DNA from: Octopus bimaculoides
Lineage: Eukaryota
Assembly (NCBI RefSeq): GCF_001194135.2
Contig: NC_069006.1
Location: 25,968,223 to 26,032,222, forward strand
Length of the DNA: 64,000 bases
Direction: 5' to 3'
The translations under genes were made by a program, and so were the position numbers. How positions within the stretch are numbered: position 1 is the stretch's first letter; every line of letters starts with the position of its first letter. The notes beneath the pieces are model-generated. The model did no database searches. It was not told the origin of the DNA and saw only the letters and a list, made by a program, of their open reading frames with translations. Shown here in pieces: positions 39,871 through 52,094 of the stretch.

Positions 39871-40262
39871 GTGTGTGCGTAGTTATATATAAACTTGACT
39901 CTACACCCAGTATTGAATCCTCCATCAGTAAATATTCTGTTATTCTTAAACTGTTTTAAAATAATAACTTTGATTTGACATTTATATTTATTTGCGTGTG
40001 TGTGTGTGTGTTATGAATTAATAAATTTTGGCAAAAGACGTCAACAACAATGAGAAGTTGAATGAATTATTTCTCTTGAATGAAAGTCTCTTGTATTCAA
40101 GGACAGTCTCTTGCCTCTGTCTCCATCCGAAACGATTCATGACTCACTAATTAATTAGCCCTTTACAAACCTCTGACCAACACTGCTTGCATTCATTTAA
40201 AACAAAATGAAAATAAATATTATTTTTAAAGCAGTCCAATAATAATAATGATAGTAATAATA

Positions 40263-40295
<33 letters not shown>

Positions 40296-40967
40296 GTAAT
40301 AATCCACCATGTTTCTGTTTCCAGTGCACTCACTGTTGTCACACATTACAGTGACTCTATTGTCTTCCGGGCCCTTTGTCCTTAGATGTAATGGCATTAT
40401 TTAGTCTGCTGTCAAAGCCCCACAAGTTATTCAGTGTAGCCATTGTTCAGGAAATTTTGTTTAACACAGTCTCTTTCCTTCTTCCTCTCTTTCACACTCT
40501 CCCTCACTCTCTGTCTCTCTCTCTTATTAGGACAGAGCTAGAAGATATTTAAAGTTGGCTTCCAGGTTAGGATTTAACGATAGATCTGTTTTGATGATTT
40601 GAATTTGTTTGTTAATCTTGCATGAAAATCACAGAATCTACACAGAGAAAGATTGCAGGAGATGTGCTTCTTACAAGTACAAACTAATAAGCACTGACCT
40701 TTTCCCCTGTTGAGACTGCAGCCCGGAGGACAAATGAGCCATGGGCCCAGGAAGCGGAGAAGGTGCAGTTGAAGCTTTTGCCATTGCAATATGATAGATT
40801 GGCTGAGATGTGTTTGACATCATCAGTAGTGAGGGGCTGGGCTGCGGCACAATGACATGAGCTTCAGTGATAAGCCAGAGTAATGTTTGAGAGTCTGTGA
40901 AGTGTACTCATGACAAAGATTATTTCTACAAACTGAGCCACAAGAAGCTTGAGCAGTGTGTGTGTGT

Positions 40968-41130
40968 GTAGGCATGGTTTTGTGGTAAGAAGCTTGCTTC
41001 CCAACCACATGGGTCCAGGTTCAGCCCTACTGTGTGGCACCTTGCGCAAGTGTCTTCTACTATAGCCTCAGGTCAACCAAAGCCTTGTGAGTGGATTTGG
41101 TAGAGGGAAACTGAAAGAAGCTCATTGTAA
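40968..41130 (+). mobile_element. family A SINE, 5' half
   Basis: Head plus GCAAGTGTCTTCTACTATAGCCTC...GGAAACTGAAAGAAGC. Confidence 0.85.
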
Positions 41131-41203
41131 CTAGTAAAAGCTAAAGGCTGTGTGTATATGAATACATACATACATACATATGTATATATGTCTATGTATA
41201 TGC

Positions 41204-41247
<44 letters not shown>

Positions 41248-41779
41248 GAATAGCCTAGTCCTAGGAGGAACTAAGAGTAAGCAGTCAACTTTTGATATAA
41301 ATATCTCAATAGTCTCACCAAAATATTGAGTTTATATCAGATACAATATACTTTTGATATGTAACTCTTACATTATTACAAACATACCTATTTAGCTCTC
41401 TCTATATATAAGTGCGCACACCCACACACTTGTATATACACATATATATGTATGTGCATATATGTGTGTGTATAGTATATATATCCTTTGCATTTCTATA
41501 TAATAGGTATACCCCTTACACACACACACGCACACGAGCGCGCATCATCCCCTCCACCATTAAATAAGCTGAAAAATACCAAGAAGTATGTTTTCTCTTC
41601 ATATCAACGACACTTGAGCCATTACAAAGTTATTACAAATTTATGATTGGCTGCAAAAGATGTTGTATTTGATGAGTTTTATGAGAATATATTCATATAT
41701 TCAAGATTTGGTGAGTGCATTAAGTTCACATACTTCACGTTATGAGCAATTTGCGTGTGCGACAATGTGTCTACACACA

Positions 41780-41818
<39 letters not shown>

Positions 41819-42119
41819 CTGTGTTTGTGTTGTATGTTGTGCAGTTTCCATCATATTTAATTTTCTCTCTGTTCCATTGTTCTAGAGCTTCATCTACTAA
41901 ATTACATCAATGTTCGATTCTTTATTGACTAATATTCCTTTTATTCCATCAATTTCCTCTTCTGGCGGTGTTTCATCATTGTGGAATATCTAAAGATTGT
42001 TCAAAGTGTGACAATACTCCACTGATATCTAATATCTAAGTGTGTGTTTGTGTGCATATATATATATAAGATACAGAAATAATTTTATTCTCAAACGCAA
42101 TAGCATGAACAGGATAAAC

Positions 42120-42190
42120 TATCCGAGACTCGAACTCACATCCCTGTGATTATACGTCAAGTTCTTTACCTTTGAGCTAAACTGCCCAGT
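42120..42190 (-). pseudogene. tRNA-derived fragment (SINE head or tRNA pseudogene)
   Basis: Minus strand GGCAGTTTAGCTCAAAGGTAAAGAAC...GTGAGTTCGAGTCTC has A/B-box-like motifs, but the acceptor and anticodon stems do not pair. Confidence 0.4.
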
Positions 42191-42553
42191 AACGAATTGT
42201 TCTGCAATTTTAGGATTTATAAATCTTTCAATACATCTCAGCGCTTCTAAAGCAAACTTTGTTTACTTTCATCGTAAGTTGAATATATATATATATATAT
42301 ATATATTGTCAACAATGTACATATACATACACACACATTAACACACATATATACAAGTGGAGGGGACTTATTACTGTATCCTTTGGATGGTGCTGGCCTT
42401 GTGTTTGTAAATATTTTCTGAAAGTCAAATTGATCCATTGATATGGTTCATTAGGTGCAGAATAAACTTAATTTAATTGATAAATGCTGTAGTAGCTTAA
42501 TTTAATTTAATGCTGATATCTGCCAAATGTCACTTAAGACAGACAATTAGTAT

Positions 42554-42610
42554 GCGGGCTGGCTTAAGGTACCGACAACTCAGGCCCCAGCAACCCTAGG
42601 GCTGGCCCTG
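42554..42610. mobile_element. 57-bp hAT-like mini-element with 8-bp target-site duplication
   Basis: ATTAGTAT at 42546-42553 and 42611-42618. The right end GCTGGCCCTG (reverse complement CAGGGCCAGC) pairs imperfectly with the left end GCGGGCTGGC. Confidence 0.6.
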
Positions 42611-42628
42611 ATTAGTATCCATTTAATT

Positions 42629-42750
42629 TCTCAACCACATGGTTCCAGGTTCAGACACCTTGGGCAAGTGTCTTCTACTGTAGCCTCAGGCTGACCAGAG
42701 CCTTCTGAGTGGGTTTGGTAGACAGAAACTGAAAGAAGCTCATCATGTGT
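42629..42750 (+). mobile_element. family A SINE fragment
   Basis: CAACCACATGGTTCCAGGTTCAG-ACACCTTGGGCAAGTGTCTTCTAC. Confidence 0.8.
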
Positions 42751-43058
42751 GTGTGTCTGTGTGCTTGTTGGCTACATGTTAATTTAATGTATTAAGTTTA
42801 CCTTTATTAATGTATATCGAATTATACATAGATGTATATACGGGATTTACACAGGTATAAGAGTTGGAACCTGTCATCCGCTTGCAGACCATTTTCGAAA
42901 GAAATGTTTTGCCCGTTGCACTAAAACGTTTCCCTTCCCCTGCCCTAAACAGTAATTTGTCCGTCATTGGATTATAGTGATAACCTTTTGTACAACACAA
43001 CTACCATTCTCTGAGGCTCTGTAATTTGTAACTGTGATTTGTGACAGACCAAAGCGAA

Positions 43059-43307
43059 ATGGCCAATAATCAGATTAAACCGCAAGTTTCCGAGAAGGAT
43101 TCTGGGACAACAGCTCGGGGTCCATCACCTCTGGTAGTTTTACAGCGGATTTCTCTTTAGGGTGTCCTCATTTGTCATTCTATCTACCGAAAACCCTACG
43201 ACGATGGAAGACTGGTGACATGTGCAGACGTAACCAGTTGGAACCGCACAATAAGTTCCAACTTTGTCACCTGCGCTTCAAAACATGCAGATCTGCAACG
43301 ATTACAG
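43059..43307 (+). CDS. candidate first/alternative exon; coding status unresolved
   Basis: Strong-context ATG (GCGAAATGG) at 43059, internal acceptor TTCTCTTTAG at 43160, consensus donor CAG|GTAAGT at 43307/43308. 43161-43307 is 147 nt and open in two frames. Local CpG enrichment. Confidence 0.4.
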
Positions 43308-43639
43308 GTAAGTTCGCCGCCATGAATTCACTTTGAGGAAAGTTTATCAAGAAAATATATCCATTGAAAACAAAAAGACGGTGAATTGGTGACGGTGGAA
43401 TTACTGGACTTCATCTGCGATGGGAGTGAAAAAGTCGTGGATGTCAAGTCAGAAATGGCATTGATAATATGGAAGCACAAGGAGACAGCAATCGTCTCTG
43501 AAGGCGGAGCAATCACCATGTGGGTGTGTTTACCTATGTGTGGCTGGCTGGATGTACGTATATGTGTATGTACGTGTGTGTGTGTATACGAGTACGTCTG
43601 CGTGTGTGTGTGTGAGAGAGTGAGAGAGGGAGAGAGAGG

Positions 43640-43677
<38 letters not shown>

Positions 43678-44719
43678 CGTAAGCTAGATTATCCTATTCA
43701 CGAAAAGGTAAAAAAAAGTCTAATTAATCGGGAGTGAAAGTCGTTTTCGAACTAGTTTCGCCGTACAAAGGGTAACAACTGCGGAGGGATAAAAGTAGCT
43801 GCAAGGGAGGTAACTCTAGGTATAGGCGTCTCGAATTACTCGGCAAGTGAAAGAATAATAAAAACTACCTGACACCTTAATTACTTACTCTCATTATATG
43901 GATTGATTATTATTAATTACAGACTATATAATTGTTTTGTTGTCAGCAGCCCCACCACCACACATTCATTTACGGAGTTTTAAAAGTCTTTTACTGCTAA
44001 AATAGGTTGTCGAGGAATGTCTAACTTTATCGCAGAAATATAGTTTAAAAACAGGGTCCTTATTGTTGTCTCGCCCCCAAAACAATCTGTTTACCTAATT
44101 AAACAAATCAACGTTTAATTGTTAATAAAACATTTATGTGAGGTACATAGAAGAAGGTGTCCGATCAAAATAAAGGTGTTTTCATTTTTAAAGAACAAAA
44201 AACGAGATTACAGTTAGGGGTTGTTTTATTGTTCCCTGTTTGTAAATTCTTAACCAGCACTGAAAAATATTTCTTCTGTCCCATTTTTATCTAGACGTTT
44301 CATGAGCCTTGAGAAATTACTTCGACTTTACTGAATCGAATTTTCCTTCTCTTATCCACGGAAAAAAAAGAGGCCGGATACATCCGACGTTTTCTGTTTG
44401 TTTATTGAGATCAAATGTTGACATGTGTAGCTTCTGTGACCGGTTATTCATTTGTTTATTTCTCTGTTATTTGAAGAAGGGCGCATTAAGAAACAGTTGA
44501 ACTCAACCAAAGACTGAGTTTAAACAAACATGTTGCTGTTGTTGCTGCCGCCGTGTTACCCCAAGTTCTGTTGAAATAAATCACCGTCAAACACAGAGTG
44601 TTGGCCAATTACCTGAGTTCTCGCTATTTTACAGTTAATAGGCTGAGCTTTAAATAATTATCATTGTCATCATCTTCCTTTAAATGTCCACTTTTTCATG
44701 CTTTCATGAATTGGACAAA

Positions 44720-44866
44720 GTTTCCATCGTCCAAATCCAGGCACAAGGCTTTGGTTAGCCTGGAGGATACAGTAAAAGACATTTGCCCAGAATGCCATGC
44801 AGTGGGACCGAACCCAGAACCATACGGTTGGGAAATAAACTTGTTGACCACCCAGCCACGCCTGTG
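44720..44866 (-). mobile_element. family A SINE, 5' half
   Basis: CACAAGGCTTTGG...GCAGTGGGACCGAACCCAGAACC...CAGCCACGCCTGT. Confidence 0.8.
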
Positions 44867-44884
44867 CTTCCATGTTTATTACGT

Positions 44885-45090
44885 AGTCAATAGATGGAGC
44901 TTTAATTAACAATGCATATTTGATAGACTTTAACTAAATACACACAGCTTATATATTCAACTATACCCGACTGATTGAGCCATAATTAACTATACATAGT
45001 TAATAGATTCAGCTATGAGTAATTAAAAGAAGTCAATAGGCTGGGCTTTAATTAATTCTACATCGTTAATAGATTGAGTGGTAAGATAGA
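44885..45090. repeat. degenerate repeat of about 33 bp, AGT(C/T)AATAG...GCTTTAATTAA
   Basis: Copies at 44885, 44998, 45031 and 45064, plus one at 44633 on the far side of the SINE. Confidence 0.6.
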
Positions 45091-46863
45091 CATTATGAAT
45101 AGACTGATCTTCTGTTTCTGGTGTCAACGAAGTGAATCTAAGACTGCGAAAGGGAGGAGTCGGTGTTTGGCTACGGTTTCAGATTTGATGAGATCTTTTG
45201 CATAGATGTCGGCCATGAGATAAAAGCAACGATGCTCTGAGATGTCAGCCATGTGGGTGTGGTGTGCGTGCGGATCTGTGCCCCTGTGTCTTTGTGTGTG
45301 TGTGTGTGTAAGTGTGTATGTGTTTGTGTGTATGTATCTGTCCTTTTGTGTGTGTGTGTATCTGTGCTTGTGTGTGTGTGTGTGAGGGGGGTGTTTGTGT
45401 GGGGGTGTATGTGTGTATTTATGCCTTGTGTTTGTGTCTGTGCTTCCGTGTGTGTGACTGTATGCGTGAGTGTTTGTGGGNNNNNNNNNNNNNNNNNNNN
45501 NNNNNNNNNNNNNNNNNNNNNNNNNNNNNNNNNNNNNNNNNNNNNNNNNNNNNNNNNNNNNNNNNNNNNNNNNNNNNNNNNNNNNNNNNNNNNNNNNNNN
45601 NNNNNNNNNNNNNNNNNNNNNNNNNNNNNNNNNNNNNNNNNNNNNNNNNNNNNNNNNNNNNNNNNNNNNNNNNNNNNNNNNNNNNNNNNNNNNNNNNNNN
45701 NNNNNNNNNNNNNNNNNNNNNNNNNNNNNNNNNNNNNNNNNNNNNNNNNNNNNNNNNNNNNNNNNNNNNNNNNNNNNNNNNNNNNNNNNNNNNNNNNNNN
45801 NNNNNNNNNNNNNNNNNNNNNNNNNNNNNNNNNNNNNNNNNNNNNNNNNNNNNNNNNNNNNNNNNNNNNCGTACATGGTGGTGATGGTGGAGGTTGTAGT
45901 AGTTACGTATGGAGAGAAGAATTATCGTAATTAACTCAGTGAGGAGTGGTGCAGGGACGGTGGTGGGGGAGGAGGCACCGGTATGATGTAGAAATATTCC
46001 AAAAAGACCACTGAACCAACTTGAAGAATTACACGACGGGTGGGGAGCCGCGGGGCAGGGGTGTGGGGCAGTAACACTACTACCACCACCGACCATAACC
46101 AACCAACACCACCCCCAAACTTTACATGTACTCTTCTGATTATTGCGGGTATCAGCAAAAATGATGATGTCTTTCCCCCAGTTACCCACTTAAAAAGAAA
46201 AAACAAAAAAAAACACATCTATGCTAGTATTAACAACAACAACTGCAACAACAACAAGACATTGCTGCTGTCTGGCAGACTTGTCTTCCAGCTCAACAAA
46301 CTTATTTAGACTACAATAATATCACAGAGAAAAATGGGCAAATTTGTTGTTTGGTTTAGTTTTATTTTGTAATTTTTATTTTTTTTTTATTTTTCTCACA
46401 GCGAGACATTTTTTTAGGTGTTTTAGTAATGTTTTTTTTAGTTGTACCTACCTACAACTACCCTCCTCCGCCCCTCCCGTTGCCATCATCATCATCACTC
46501 CACCTGATAAAACACACACACACACACACACACTCCAGACATGGTTTAGTTTTTCATTACTATTTTTTTTCCGGGGGGGTTTCTCTCTCTCTCTCTCTCT
46601 CGCCCGTTTCATCGTCAACCACCTAGAAAACCCTGGATCAAACGAAAAAATGGTCTAAAAGTAGCACCAAATGAAAAAATCTACCGACATAGCCGTTGCT
46701 GTCGTTGCCGTCGCCACCGATAAATGCTTAGAGAACATCAAATAAGCTAATTATCTCTCAGTCGATTGCCATAGAAAGATGCCACACACAAACAGACAAG
46801 CAGCATCACGAGAAATAGCATGCAACAGTCTTGGCACTCATGCATGCACACACACACATGCAT

Positions 46864-46898
<35 letters not shown>

Positions 46899-47125
46899 GT
46901 ATGTATGTATGTGTGTGAATACCTGTGTGTAAATATATATTTATAATGTACATATGTAGATAAATGTTATACATTATGTGCGTGTGTATTGTGTGTGTGT
47001 GTGTAAACATATTTATAGATATATAATGTATATATGTATATATATATAATGTTTATATATATACATATATATATATATGATGTTTATATATATATATATA
47101 CATACATACGCACGCATACATATGT

Positions 47126-47303
47126 ATGCCACCTGTGCCAACACTTTCAGAGTGGTTGGCGTTAGGAAGGTCCCCCAGCTGTAGAAAACTGCCAACACAG
47201 ACTGGAGTCTGGTGTAGTCTTCTGGCTTGCCAGCCCTGGTCAAACTGTCCAACCCATGCCAGCATGGACAACGGATGTTAGATGATGATGAGGATGATGA
47301 TGA
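47126..47303 (+). mobile_element. family C SINE (V-domain-like) with (GAT)n tail
   Basis: GAGTGGTTGGCGTTAGGAAGG..CCAGCTGTAGAAA...CAACCCATGCCAGCATGGA..CGGATGTTAGATGATGATG. Confidence 0.8.
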
Positions 47304-47329
47304 TATATATGTATATAAATATATATACC

Positions 47330-47500
47330 TGAGTAAGCACATAAATGGGAAACAAGGTGGAAAAAAGAGTACTCAAATACCAGAGGTAGAGTAATATGCT
47401 TTATTTAAAAGCAGCAGAAATATAACAAAAAGCTGTTACTCAGAGTTTCACGTTCCTGTTCGTCGGACAAACAGGAACGTGATGTTTCTGCTGCTTTTAA
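47330..47500 (-). mobile_element. Penelope-like terminal repeat with a partial inverted copy
   Basis: Family shared with 35655 and 50470. GCAGCAGAAA (47411) is mirrored by TTTCTGCTGC (47485). Confidence 0.7.
47433..47470 (-). ncRNA. minimal type I hammerhead ribozyme motif (U4C core variant)
   Basis: 5'-UUGU CCGACGA ACA GGAA CGU GAAA CUC U GAG UA ACAG-3'. Stem I is UUGU/ACAG, stem II has one mismatch, stem III is the palindromic ACUC-U-GAGU, and the cleavage triplet is GUA. Confidence 0.55.
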
Positions 47501-48302
47501 TAAAGTATATATATATATATATATATNNNNNNNNNNNNNNNNNNNNNNNNNNNNNNNNNNNNNNNNNNNNNNNNNNNNNNNNNNNNNNNNNNNNNNNNNN
47601 NNNNNNNNNNNNNNNNNNNNNNNNNNNNNNNNNNNNNNNNNNNNNNNNNNNNNNNNNNNNNNNNNNNNNNNNNNNNNNNNNNNNNNNNNNNNNNNNNNNN
47701 NNNNNNNNNNNNNNNNNNNNNNNNNNNNNNNNNNNNNNNNNNNNNNNNNNNNNNNNNNNNNNNNNNNNNNNNNNNNNNNNNNNNNNNNNNNNNNNNNNNN
47801 NNNCCCCTCTCTCTCTATCTCTCTATCCTCTCTCCCTCTCTCTCTCTTTCTCTCACACACGTGCATGCATACAACCCAATTATGCTTACAGGCCCACATA
47901 CACAAACACACACACACACACACACACACAAACTTGCATTTCCACACATAAATAGATACACACACATATGCGCGCAAACACAGAGCTTCCAGTCTGCCTT
48001 GCACCCACATATTCACATGTAAATACCCTTCGTTCTGCAGGCATTTTTATCAGAAGTGACAATATTTGTCAGAGATCAAAACAGAGAAATGTCACATGTA
48101 AGTGGAACTTGATGCTCCGCCCTTTTCTCTCCCCACCCCTGCCCCATTATACACACACATGCACACACTTGTTTTCATTAGCAGATTTGCTACAGTAACT
48201 CAAGGGCCTTCAGCTATAGGCCACAGCACTTATCAAATGCTATGGATATATTTTTAGAGAAATAACATTAGAGGTTGACTGTGACATCATGTTTCACTGT
48301 CT

Positions 48303-48458
48303 TAGCTGTGTAGTTATGAAATCTGCTTTCCAACTACAGCATTTGGGGGTTCAACCCCACGTAACGTCACTTTGGGTAAGGGTCTTCTACAGTAGCCCAA
48401 GATAGACCAAAGATTTGCGAGTGAATTTGGTACATGGAAATTGTGCAAATGAGCTTGT

Positions 48459-48460
<2 letters not shown>
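48303..48460 (+). mobile_element. old, degenerate family A SINE
   Basis: GGGTTCAACCCCAC...CTTTGGGTAAGGGTCTTCTAC...GAGTGAATTTGGTACATGGAAA. Confidence 0.65.
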
Positions 48461-48513
<53 letters not shown>

Positions 48514-48795
48514 GCATGTATGTATATGTGTACAAATCCAAGAGAAATGACAGGAGAAAAAACAATGCAACGAGACAGTTGGTCACTATCCCCAAAAAAG
48601 GAGTTCCAGGAATATTCCCATCAATAGAAATGGTGCTGGATAAAGTGTGTGGCTCCAGAATGGGGACAACTTCGAGGGGGGTTAAAGGCCGAATTGATGT
48701 AGATTGGAATTTTCTTCTTATAGCGCCAATCTCTGATAGTTTTTGGTCAGGCTTTGTATATACAAACAAGTATAGCATCTGTAGATGTATGTTGA

Positions 48796-48840
<45 letters not shown>

Positions 48841-48944
48841 CATACAAACACATGTATATACATACACACATAAGAGTTTTCTTTTTTTATATATTTATGT
48901 ATTGAAATGCTGCAAGCTGTGTGTTACAGGGTTTGAAACAGTGG

Positions 48945-48990
<46 letters not shown>

Positions 48991-49883
48991 GCGCGCTGAG
49001 CTTAACAACAGCCACTGAGGAGGGGGGGGCAGAGGGGGAGGCTGGCAGGCAGGCAGGGGTGATGTTTTAATCCCAGAATCAGCAGATATATATATGTGTG
49101 AACTTTTGAAATAGCAGCAAGCAGTTCTGTTGTCCTTCTAGGCTCACATTACCAAAGACTGGCTGCAACCTGCAAATGCGTGTGATTGGAGGAGTTTGAG
49201 AACATTAGTAACGAGAGCAGAGGTAGTGATACGGAGGAATCGCAAAAATTATTGTTCTAAACCAGCCAAACTATTTGCTTTCTGCCTCTTTCTCTCTCTC
49301 TTCCTCTCCCTCTCTCTCTCTCCAAGCTATTTGGCATATTTGTTAGGGTAACCCATACCGGTATGAAAGCTAAAACAATAGGAAGTGCATTGTGACCAGT
49401 GATGTATAACAATATCCAAAAGTTTGGTCAACACCATCATACCACAATATAAATGTCAAAGGTGAAACATGTATTCTGTTGGGGCAGGGTGATGGCTTCC
49501 TCCCAAATCTTTTTGCAACACAGAATATAAATTCTAGATTTTTTTTTTTTTTGTTGGAATGTTTCTGTCCCTAGTTGTTGTTCAAAGCAAAGATTTATGA
49601 CAATTTCAATTAATGTTACTAAAACAACAGCTGTAACATCTGTGAAATATTGGAATCATAATATCTGGATTGAACCAACCCACATAAAAACGAAAATCTT
49701 AAAACAATTGCAATCTGTGGAATAGTTCAGCTCTGGATCCCATATTACGATATTAAAGTATTCTTGGATGTTTCTGTACAGACTGGCATCTGTGAACTGG
49801 TCGCACGGTTATGGTAAGAACGAATAGATATATAAATGTCTTGATAGACGGATTGAAAGATACAGCAAAACCTATATTGATAA

Positions 49884-49924
<41 letters not shown>

Positions 49925-50469
49925 CGTATACAGACACCCATAATTATAAGTACACCTACACACACACATATATCTTGTGACATATGCTAAGGAGCTGAGG
50001 AGGAATAAATATGGTGATAAGATTTGCGTGATAGCTGTGGAATTTTGCTAATCTACTTTCAAGGGAATGTCAGGTGTTCTTAAAAGTCACGTTAATTGAT
50101 GCTGTTTTTTGGCGCAGGATGGAGCGACAGCTGATGATGGCTTTACTTATAGAATGCGGTTGTGGAGCTGATGGCTTTAGGTTCTTGGAACAAGAAACAG
50201 ATGGATGAACCGATAGACAGACGGAAAGACAAACGGACTGACAGGTGGACAGGCGTTCATGGTTTATTGCTTTTGGCTGAGAATTCTGTCAACCTTCAGC
50301 TATTTTCTTATCTTATCTTATATTGCTATTTGAGCGAAATTCGAAAATTTGTCTGTAATTTCTTGCTGGTTGAGTAACCACATCAGAATGATCTATGTTG
50401 GTGTGTGTGTCTGTGTATATGTGTGTATGCATGTGTAAGTATATACGTGCATACACACACACACACAGT

Positions 50470-50665
50470 TTTATTAAAGCCAAAAGGGTTTCACAAACTT
50501 CAGAGCTTCATGTAACCATTCATCGACTGACTAATGGTCATGTGAAACTCCGAGTAACGATCTGTGAAGTATTTTCAGCTTTAATAAAATAGTATTTTGC
50601 TCTGCCTTTGGTATTCGAGTACTATTTTTCCCACCGTGCTTTTGCACCTATATGCTTACTTATAT
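50470..50665 (+). mobile_element. Penelope-like terminal repeat with decayed hammerhead motif
   Basis: TCGA-CTGACTA-ATGGTCATGT-GAAA-CTC C GAG-TA-ACGA at 50523-50560, followed by the family tail (GGTATTCGAGTACT). Confidence 0.6.
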
Positions 50666-50820
50666 GCATACATGTGTGTGTGTGTACCCATTTAGTGTTG
50701 ACTATTAATGCTCAATAAGCATTAATTTTACATGAATGTGACATGAACATAATATCCTTGGACGGAAAAAAATATACATTTGGATGTTGTGCTTATGCAG
50801 TCATTCTAGCAGGCTTATAT

Positions 50821-50960
50821 ATATACGATGGGCTTCTTTCAGTTTCCATCTACTAAATCCATTCACAAGGCTTTGGTTGGTCTGAGGCTACTGTAGAAAA
50901 CATTTCTCCAAGATCCCACACAGTGGAACTGAACCCAGAACCATGTGGTTGGGAAGCAAA
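50821..50960 (-). mobile_element. family A SINE fragment
   Basis: TACGATGGGCTTCTTTCAGTTTCCATCTAC...GAACTGAACCCAGAACCATGTGGTTGGGAAGCAA. Confidence 0.85.
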
Positions 50961-51891
50961 AACATCTCTTTATAACTTTATGTAAGAAGTCGTAGAAGAA
51001 TTAATGTATTTTAATTAAATGTCTCCCAATTATTGATTATTTAAAATATTAATTAAAATACATGGATTGCGCATTTCATTAGAACAACCATTGCCCTGAA
51101 AGAGTGAATTCCAAGACAATCCTCAATACTGTTGCTATTAAAACTGTGCTGGTTTAACCTCACAGACATCTGTTTCTTTTGATGATTAATGCTAATGAAT
51201 TTAATGACATCGAAATAATTAACCATCAGCTGAATATATTTACTGTAGACTTTAGACCGTTATCGTTGTGTAGACAGAGAACTGATTGTAGATCAATAAG
51301 GTTGATGCATGATTGATATAATGGTGTTCTGAGATTTAATGTTTGTCAAAGAACAAAGATTACAGCTGTTTGTTGTTAACAGGGGTCAAACTGACCAATT
51401 TTCAAACCAAACTAACCAAACTTTGACCACTTCGTTAAGTTGGTTTCGAGCTTTTATTTATTTAATTTAACTCCTTCTGTGTGTTTGTGTATGCTTTTGT
51501 GTGTGTGTATGTGTGTGTGTGTATGTGTGTGTGTGTGCCATTTGTTACATATATACGAGGTCCTTAACATGGCATCGAAGCCATTAGTAGTACATAACAT
51601 CAAAACAGAAATAGGAAACCCAATGACAAGACTGTAACACTTCTCATGTTATATGCCCCACCACCCCCTCCGACCATGCCCTCCCCAACTCTCCACTGAA
51701 CTCCTTTTGTTATGCAATGCAAATTTTTCTGCACATTTTTGCTGCCGCTGACAACAACTGCTTGAAATATTCTTGGATTGTATTTCATCAGATAAACACT
51801 TGGCTCAGTTGATGGGGTTCCTATCAAAACAGGTCTGAAGCTTCTTGTGGGAGTTTGGCAACAACTAAAGTAACAGCGATACACTGTTCGT

Positions 51892-51940
<49 letters not shown>

Positions 51941-52094
51941 CTCTCTGTGTCTCTCTCTCACCCTCTCTTATATGTATGTGTGTGTGTGTGTGTGTGTGTG
52001 TTTATTTCTTTCTTTTACACTCTCTCATATATATATTTATATATATATACATTTATATGTGTGTATATCTCTCTCTCTCTCTCTCTCTCACTCA

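Noticed and set aside
42120-42190. Functional tRNA gene
   Set aside because: The cloverleaf does not close, so it is kept only as a tRNA-derived fragment.
48530-48790. Frames open on both strands between microsatellites
   Set aside because: No convincing splice sites or start context, and no recognised domain.
49142-49222. 81-nt open segment between CTTCTAG and GTAGTG
   Set aside because: Weak donor and no homology. Several similar chance candidates exist (39436, 54803, 58092, 59078).
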